Shown: piece after piece, positions 16,158 to 21,954 of the stretch
Numbering within the stretch: position 1 is the stretch's first letter
Layout of the letters: every line of letters begins with the position of its first letter
Source of the DNA: an uncultured bacterium
GTDB lineage: Bacteria > Zixibacteria > MSB-5A5 > GN15 > FEB-12
Assembly: GCA_965372795.1 (NCBI GenBank)
Contig: CBDVDR010000030.1
Coordinates: 1-21,954 of the forward strand
Direction of reading: 5' to 3'
DNA length: 21,954 nucleotides
Made by a program: the position numbers and the translations under genes
Notes under the pieces: model-generated
Told to the model about the DNA's origin: nothing
Seen by the model: only the letters and a program-made list of their open reading frames with translations
Database searches by the model: none

Positions 16158-17557
16158 TTTCCAATGGCTTTTATAAAATTCCCCAGTTTATTTTCGATCT
16201 CTTTCCACTCATTCTCCGGCGTAGAACCTTCCAAAATACCGGCCCCGGAATATAAATTTAATTTATTTCTGACCAGCAAACCACTTCTGATGGCTACTGC
16301 AAATTCCGATGAATTTCGTGCGATCCATCCCACCGGAGCAGCATACCAGCCCCGGTTAAACGGCTCAAGATTTGATATGCAAAAAATCGCTCTTGCCGTT
16401 GGATATCCACCAACTGCGGGTGTTGGGTGAAGTTTTTCCAATATGTCCACATCGGTGATTGAATCTTTCAGGATACCATGAAAAGGTGCATAGAGATGTT
16501 GAACTTTAGCAAGTTTTAACAGGCGAACCTGTTCGCCGTTTTCATAAGATTTGCAAAGAAACTCAAGGGCATCTTTGATGCTATCAACGACGTATTTATG
16601 TTCACGAATTTCTTTTTGGTTTGATAGAAGTTTGTCGCCCAGAATTTTATCTTCTTCGGGAGTCTCTCCCCGTTTTCTTGTACCGGCAACGGCTTCAGAT
16701 TTAATTTTATTATTTTCTCTCAAGTACAATCTTTCGGGGGTAGCCCCCAAAAAAGCAGAGTCGTTATCAAATTTAAAACAGAAATTGAAACAGTCTTTAG
16801 CAGTTTGATTCAATTTATCAAGCAGGGCAATCGGTTCAAAAGATTCTGAAAATTCCAATTCCGTTTTACGGGCTAACACAACTTTCTCCAACGAACTTGA
16901 AGAAAAATCGCTTAGAGCAGTATTAATCATTTCATCCCAGTCTTTTCGGTTAGGAAAATCTTTGCGATTTATAACCGGAGGAATTGAAGCTTCGATTTCG
17001 GTACTGTCCGTTAAGAGTGATAGCTCATCAAGAATATTATCTATCAGATCAGTTTTTCGATTTATATTTACAATAAAATTAACAAACCCTGAATCAGTAG
17101 AATCACGCACAACTTCAAAGCGAGGAATGATAAATCTAAAGGTTGCAAAATTATCCCAGTAGGAATCATAATTGTCTTTGTAACTGCTATCGAATTTGAA
17201 ACCGCCAAAGAACCGAATATTTTCATCACAATTCTTCAACCGTTCCGAGATCGTTTTAATCAGTAAATTAAAATCGCATTCTTTGAAACATTCAATTAAG
17301 TCAGCATAACCGACCCCTGCGGATTCAAATGTTTTTTCACGATTACTCCAGTAAACTTTCAAAGCATGATTTTGAGACAACAGCCACTGGGTTGGAGAAA
17401 AAGCGTGCATTTTGATACTAATACGGCTGAAAGCAATTTCATTCTCGCGAACACCTGAATCTGAAATAGATTGGAACTGATCTTTAAGTAATGAGGCAAC
17501 CAAATCTTTGGCTTGCTTCATATTATTGGCCATATATTTTTCAGACACAGTTGACAT
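16154..17557 (-). CDS. menF: Isochorismate synthase
   Basis: Chorismate-binding domain motifs KVVLAR, GATPERL, EAVAGT, EHKYV, LHPTPAVGG, RGWYAAPVG, VAIRSGL and GAGI. AAGGA SD upstream. Confidence 0.95.
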   Translation of the reverse strand: MSTVSEKYMANNMKQAKDLVASLLKDQFQSISDSGVRENEIAFSRISIKMHAFSPTQWLLSQNHALKVYWSNREKTFESAGVGYADLIECFKECDFNLLIKTISERLKNCDENIRFFGGFKFDSSYKDNYDSYWDNFATFRFIIPRFEVVRDSTDSGFVNFIVNINRKTDLIDNILDELSLLTDSTEIEASIPPVINRKDFPNRKDWDEMINTALSDFSSSSLEKVVLARKTELEFSESFEPIALLDKLNQTAKDCFNFCFKFDNDSAFLGATPERLYLRENNKIKSEAVAGTRKRGETPEEDKILGDKLLSNQKEIREHKYVVDSIKDALEFLCKSYENGEQVRLLKLAKVQHLYAPFHGILKDSITDVDILEKLHPTPAVGGYPTARAIFCISNLEPFNRGWYAAPVGWIARNSSEFAVAIRSGLLVRNKLNLYSGAGILEGSTPENEWKEIENKLGNFIKAIGK

Positions 17558-17611
17558 CTATTCCTTCTTTCAGCTTAAAAAGAATAGCCAAACATTGTAA
17601 TTTTGGCAACT

Positions 17612-18364
17612 CTAATTAGCCTCATTTCTACAATCACCCTGATAAATTGTTGCAACTCCCAGAGTAAGCGGTGTGGCATGAACTTTTTCAAAACCGACAT
17701 TTCGCATCAAATTACAAAATTTTTCTCCAAAAGGGAAAGTTTCTACGGTTTTATTTAGATATTTGTAGGCATAACTATCACCGGAGATAATCGAACCGAC
17801 AAACGGCAAAACATATCGAAAATAAAAAAGATATGAATTCCGAACAAAACTATTTTCCGGAAGCGAAAACTCAAGGATTAGCACCCGCCCTCCGGGTTTT
17901 AAAACCCGATACATTTCTTTGAGAGATTTATTAACATCAGTTACGTTTCTGATCCCAAAAGATATTGTAATGATATCATAACTATTATCCTGAAATGGGA
18001 GCATCTCAGCGTTTCCCCTAACCATTGAAGCCAGCTGTCCAAGGTTTTCCTTAATCAGCTTTTTCTGACCGATTTTCAGCATATTTCCAGACATATCCAA
18101 ACCGACAGCAGCAACAATCAATTTACTGTTTTTGCACAAAGAGATTAACAGATCACCGGTACCGGTAGCCAAATCCAATAGATGCTGATCGGGTGTGTCT
18201 TTTAATAAGGTTGCAACTTTTTTACGCCATTTGATATCCTGACCAAAAGAAAGCATTCTATTTAGTAAATCATAGCGATGTGAAATGCGGTCAAACATTT
18301 GCCACACTTGTTCCCTTGAAGGGTTATCAGGTTCAGATTGATTTTTTTTAGACGGTTCGGTCAT
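17612..18364 (-). CDS. menG: Demethylmenaquinone methyltransferase (UbiE/MenG)
   Basis: MFDRISHRYDLLNRMLSFGQDIKWR, LDLATGTGD (SAM motif I), SFGIRNV, EMYRVLKPGGR..ILEFS and AYKYL. Confidence 0.95.
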   Translation of the reverse strand: MTEPSKKNQSEPDNPSREQVWQMFDRISHRYDLLNRMLSFGQDIKWRKKVATLLKDTPDQHLLDLATGTGDLLISLCKNSKLIVAAVGLDMSGNMLKIGQKKLIKENLGQLASMVRGNAEMLPFQDNSYDIITISFGIRNVTDVNKSLKEMYRVLKPGGRVLILEFSLPENSFVRNSYLFYFRYVLPFVGSIISGDSYAYKYLNKTVETFPFGEKFCNLMRNVGFEKVHATPLTLGVATIYQGDCRNEAN

Positions 18365-18578
18365 TTAATAACTTTCTCAAATTTAATCCGACAATATAAT
18401 AAATTGTTCTATCAATACAAGTAACCACCTTAATAGATTAGGCTAATTAATCCCTGATTTTGTCATATAACTTAATGAATTACAAAATATTACGTATCAA
18501 ATAAAGAATTAATGAACTTCGTTGATTCAAACTCATAAATTCACTATTTTGAATAAAATATTTTTTTAAAGGAAAAGC

Positions 18579-19526
18579 ATGAAATATCGTAAAATGGGTA
18601 AATCCGGTATAAGAATTTCTGAAATCGCACTTGGTGGCTGGCTTACCTATGGCGGGTCAGTCGAAGAAGAACAGACTTTGCCGATAGTGCAAACTGCGAT
18701 AGAAAACGGAATCAATTTTATTGATATTTCTGATATATATTCTAAAGGCAGAGCCGAAGAGATAATCGGAAAAGCGATCAAAGCAATTCCCCGTGAGCAA
18801 TTGGTAATTTCAAGTAAACTGTTCTGGCCGATGTCAACCGATCCTAATGATCGCGGATTGAGCCGGAAACATATTATGGAATCGATTGAGAAATCTCTTA
18901 AACGAATTGGCACTGACTATCTTGATATTTACTATTGTCATAGATTTGACCCGGAAACAGAGGTCGAAGAGACTGTTCGGGCGATGGATGATTTGGTCAG
19001 TCAGGGAAAAATTTTATACTGGGGAACATCTGTTTGGTCAGCAACCCAAATTGAACAGGCAGTTAGTATAGCCGGTTATTATAAAGCTTATCTGCCCCGG
19101 GTTGAGCAACCATGCTATAATATGCTTGATCGACATATTGAAAGTGATGTTATGCCGACCGCTGCTAAACATGGAATGGGTCTAACGGTCTGGTCACCGC
19201 TGGCACAGGGTCTCCTCACCGGAAAATATAATGATGGAGTTCCTGAAGGCAGTCGGGGAGCGGACACTAAATGGCTGAAGGATATTCTGACTGAAACAAA
19301 TATTGATAAATGTCGTAAATTAGAAGTAATCGCCAACGATCTGAACATTAAACTGTCACAACTTGCTCTTGCCTGGATTTTAAGAAAAGAAGAGATCAGT
19401 TCGGTTATTACCGGAGCAACCAACCCCGATCAGGTAAAGGAAAATGTGATTGCGTCAGGAGTCGAACTATCAGAAGTTACTCTTAAAGAGATTGAGAAAA
19501 TTCTCGATAACGATCCTAACAAATAA
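18579..19526 (+). CDS. Aldo/keto reductase (Kv-beta-like subfamily)
   Basis: MKYRKMGKSGIRISEIALG, catalytic tetrad context DISDIY / SSK / YYCHRFD, GLSRKHIMES, WSPLAQGLLTGKY and QLALAW. Confidence 0.95.
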   Translation: MKYRKMGKSGIRISEIALGGWLTYGGSVEEEQTLPIVQTAIENGINFIDISDIYSKGRAEEIIGKAIKAIPREQLVISSKLFWPMSTDPNDRGLSRKHIMESIEKSLKRIGTDYLDIYYCHRFDPETEVEETVRAMDDLVSQGKILYWGTSVWSATQIEQAVSIAGYYKAYLPRVEQPCYNMLDRHIESDVMPTAAKHGMGLTVWSPLAQGLLTGKYNDGVPEGSRGADTKWLKDILTETNIDKCRKLEVIANDLNIKLSQLALAWILRKEEISSVITGATNPDQVKENVIASGVELSEVTLKEIEKILDNDPNK

Positions 19527-19598
19527 GATAATAATTTATTGTAAGTTTTATCTCTATTTGCTGCTAACGGTTAAGTAATAGTAACGAAAGGATAATAA

Positions 19599-20099
19599 AT
19601 GTTCACCACAATAGAGGATGCAAAAAAAGGGCTTGAAGGTGAGTTCAAATTTACTCAATCAGTCTTTGATGCTCTGACCGATGAATCACTTTCACAGGCA
19701 ATCAACGATGACCATCGTACAATCGGGCGTATGGCTTGGCACATAATTACGACCTATCCCGAAATGATTGGACAAATTGGTATTAAATATGATGGTATAT
19801 CAAAAGATACGCCCATGCCTTCGACAGCATCAGAGATCAGCAAAGCTTATGCGAAAATTACATCAACCTTACTCAGTCAAATAGAAAATTGGACTGATGA
19901 TATGCTGCATCAAGAAGATGATCTTTATGGGGAAAAATGGAAAAAGGGTTCAACCCTGTTGATTCTTATCAAACATGAAGTACATCATCGCGGTCAAATA
20001 ACAGTATTGATGCGTCAAGCCGGAATCAAAGTTCCGGATATTTATGGTCCTGCCAAAGAAGGCTGGGCGGCATATAATGCTCCTCCTCCTGAAATTTAG
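19599..20099 (+). CDS. DinB/YfiT superfamily protein
   Basis: RTIGRMAWHI and HEVHHRGQITVLMRQAG..VPDIYGP (His metal triad). AAGGA SD upstream. Confidence 0.92.
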   Translation: MFTTIEDAKKGLEGEFKFTQSVFDALTDESLSQAINDDHRTIGRMAWHIITTYPEMIGQIGIKYDGISKDTPMPSTASEISKAYAKITSTLLSQIENWTDDMLHQEDDLYGEKWKKGSTLLILIKHEVHHRGQITVLMRQAGIKVPDIYGPAKEGWAAYNAPPPEI

Positions 20100-20104
20100 A
20101 TAAT

Positions 20105-20136
20105 AAAAAAAGGCGAGTCTTTGACTCGCCTTTTTT
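20105..20136. terminator. Bidirectional intrinsic terminator between the convergent DinB gene and pyrF
   Basis: A7-GGCGAGTC-TTT-GACTCGCC-T6. Confidence 0.9.
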
Positions 20137-20151
20137 CTTATAGTAAGCTAT

Positions 20152-21888
20152 CTAATTATTATTATCAGATTTATTGTTCGTTCCTAAGCCAGGTTTATTG
20201 CTATATGGTAACGTGCTGGGAGGTTTTGGCAATGGTGGCGGAGGACCTAACGGGCGTGGTGGATGTGACCTCTTTTTATTCTCATTTGATTCCTGATTCT
20301 TTTCATAATTTTTGTTCATAGAATCAGACTCCGTTTTCTCTTGAGAAGGTTGCGGTTTCTTATCAAATGTAGGCAGTGGTGGCGGAGGACCTAACGGACG
20401 TGGCGGAGGTGGTTGATTTTCTTTAAGATCCTGTTTCGGTTCTTCTTTTTTAATTACTTCTTCAGGTTCAGATTTTAATTCTTCCTGAGCAGTAGGATGA
20501 GGCGACGAATCTGGTTTTGAAAATTGTGGCAGTGGTGGCGGAGGACCTAACGGACGTGGCGGTGGTGGTGGTTGATTTTCTTTAATATCCTGTTTCGGTT
20601 CTTCTTTTTTAATTACTTCTTCAGGTTCAGGTTTTGATTCTTCTTGAGCAGTAGGATGAAGCGACGCATCTGGTTTTGAAAATTGTGGCAGTGGTGGTGG
20701 AGGACCTAACGGACGAGGTGGTGGTGGATGATTTTCATTAAGATCCTGTGTCGGTTCTTCTTTTTTAATTACTTCTTCAGGTTCAGGTTTTGAATCCACC
20801 TGTGCAGAGGGCTGTGGTTTCTCCTCAGGTTTTGGATATACAGGTTGAGAAGGTTGAGCCGTTGGTTCAGGTTTCGATTCTTGCCTTGGTTGTTCCGGCT
20901 GTTGATGGCTTGGTTTGTTTTCCTGAATGAAATTATTATCAGATTCAGGTTTAGGAGGAGGAGTTGACTGTTGAGGATCGGGCTTGACAGTTTGGGAAGG
21001 TTCAGTTGGTGCAACCTTTACCGATTCCTGTTCTGGCTCTGGTTGCGGTGCAGGTTTTAGATTTTCTGAAATATTTCCACCGGATCTAATTATTCGAATC
21101 TGATCATTCAATTTCCTCAATTCTTCTCTTGCCCTTTGAGCAAAATTATCATCAAGCGAAGCATAAAGCACTGATCGTGAGACATTGATAACAGCCGGTT
21201 TTTTAAAATCATCCGTTCCATATCGTGAGGCAAGTTCAAGCGACCCTCCCTGAGCTCCGACCCCGGGAATTAACAATGCCATATCACCGGCAACTTCTCG
21301 AATCACTTTTAGTTGTTCCGGTTGGGTGGCACCAACAACCAAACCGCAATTGCCATCCTTGTTCCAATAAGCAACTTTTTCAGCTACGACTTGATACAAA
21401 GGCTTCCCATCAATATTGAGCATTTGAAAATCGCTGGAACCTTTGTTTGAGGTAAGGCAAAGAATAAAAATTCCACAATCTTTATATTCTAAAAACGGAC
21501 GAAGAGAATCATATCCCATGTAAGGGTTAACGGTAATCCAGGTTGCTCCGTATCTTTCAAAAAGAGCCTCAGCATAATGGCTGGCAGTGTTGCCGATATC
21601 ACCTCGTTTGCCATCAAGAATCACCGGAATTTCATCGGGGATGCGTTCAATAATTAATCTGAGCAGCGATAATCCCTCCGGACCCAGGCTTTCATAAAAC
21701 GCCATGTTGGGTTTATAGGCGCAGACAACATCCTTGGTAGCATCAATAATTCGATTTGCAAATTCAAACATCGTTCTTGGACTTTTAGTATATTCAGCAG
21801 GCATTCTTTTCGGATCAAGATCTAATCCAAGGCAGATCATCGATTTATTTTTTTCTTGTATCTCTATTAGTTCGTCAGTTACACTCAT
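20152..21888 (-). CDS. pyrF: Orotidine-5'-phosphate decarboxylase with a ~300-aa Pro/Glu/Gln/Lys-rich C-terminal extension
   Basis: Residues ~1-270 carry CLGLD, AYKPNMAFYE, LDGKRGDIGNT (DxKxxDI), TVNPYMGYDS, GLVVGAT, LIPGVGAQGG and NVSRS. The frame continues without a stop for about 305 low-complexity residues and ends 15 nt before a terminator. AAGGA SD upstream. Confidence 0.95.
   Translation of the reverse strand: MSVTDELIEIQEKNKSMICLGLDLDPKRMPAEYTKSPRTMFEFANRIIDATKDVVCAYKPNMAFYESLGPEGLSLLRLIIERIPDEIPVILDGKRGDIGNTASHYAEALFERYGATWITVNPYMGYDSLRPFLEYKDCGIFILCLTSNKGSSDFQMLNIDGKPLYQVVAEKVAYWNKDGNCGLVVGATQPEQLKVIREVAGDMALLIPGVGAQGGSLELASRYGTDDFKKPAVINVSRSVLYASLDDNFAQRAREELRKLNDQIRIIRSGGNISENLKPAPQPEPEQESVKVAPTEPSQTVKPDPQQSTPPPKPESDNNFIQENKPSHQQPEQPRQESKPEPTAQPSQPVYPKPEEKPQPSAQVDSKPEPEEVIKKEEPTQDLNENHPPPPRPLGPPPPLPQFSKPDASLHPTAQEESKPEPEEVIKKEEPKQDIKENQPPPPPRPLGPPPPLPQFSKPDSSPHPTAQEELKSEPEEVIKKEEPKQDLKENQPPPPRPLGPPPPLPTFDKKPQPSQEKTESDSMNKNYEKNQESNENKKRSHPPRPLGPPPPLPKPPSTLPYSNKPGLGTNNKSDNNN
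20372..20793 (-). repeat. Intragenic tandem repeat, 156/159-bp unit, about 2.7 copies
   Basis: GGCAGTGGTGGYGGAGGACCTAACGGACG recurs at 20372, 20528 and 20687, with a fourth partial copy at 20228. It encodes KPEPEEVIKKEEPxQDxxENxPPPPRPLGPPPPLP. Confidence 0.95.
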
Positions 21889-21954
21889 CAGTATTTCCTT
21901 ATTTTGCCGATTAAATCATCAAGATTTTTTGAATTATAAACTAATTCTAAAATA

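Noticed and set aside
9398..17557. GC heterogeneity among men genes (menB/menA richer than menH/menC/menE) as mosaic origin
   Set aside because: Explained by amino-acid composition and conservation level. Tight gene overlaps argue for a single unit.
18365..18578. Riboswitch or sRNA in the menG / aldo-keto reductase divergent spacer
   Set aside because: Very AT-rich with no stable stems or recognisable aptamer motifs; consistent with plain divergent promoters.
12858..21419. Remaining 60-102 aa ORFs in the track within the men genes, the aldo/keto reductase and pyrF
   Set aside because: All are antisense or alternative-frame overlaps of well-supported genes, with no motifs.

Overview
AT-rich bacterial chromosomal window that is mostly housekeeping. 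I cannot assign the taxon from sequence alone. Left to right: the 5' part of a very AT-rich minus-strand ORF running off the left edge (<1..476, missing from the supplied ORF track); a ~770 bp structured intergenic region (25-bp direct repeat, GTAG-type REP, four GCGAAGC/GTGAC-N3-GTCAC double-hairpin units, gyrA terminator); a stand-alone gyrA with an atypical quinolone-binding region; two diverged paralogous exported proteins; an M15B D,D-carboxypeptidase; a flavin reductase-like protein; ferritin; a signal-peptide-bearing oligoendopeptidase F; a complete classical (o-succinylbenzoate) menaquinone cluster menG-menF-menD-menH-menB-menA-menC-menE with a convergent hotdog thioesterase (probable MenI function); an aldo/keto reductase; a DinB-family protein; and a PyrF fused to a ~300-aa Pro/Glu-rich repetitive tail. 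I found no rRNA, tRNA, CRISPR array, transposase or integrase. The best candidates for novelty are the hairpin-repeat cluster overlapping the gyrA stop codon and the PyrF polyproline extension. Neither can be called a new system without database searches.
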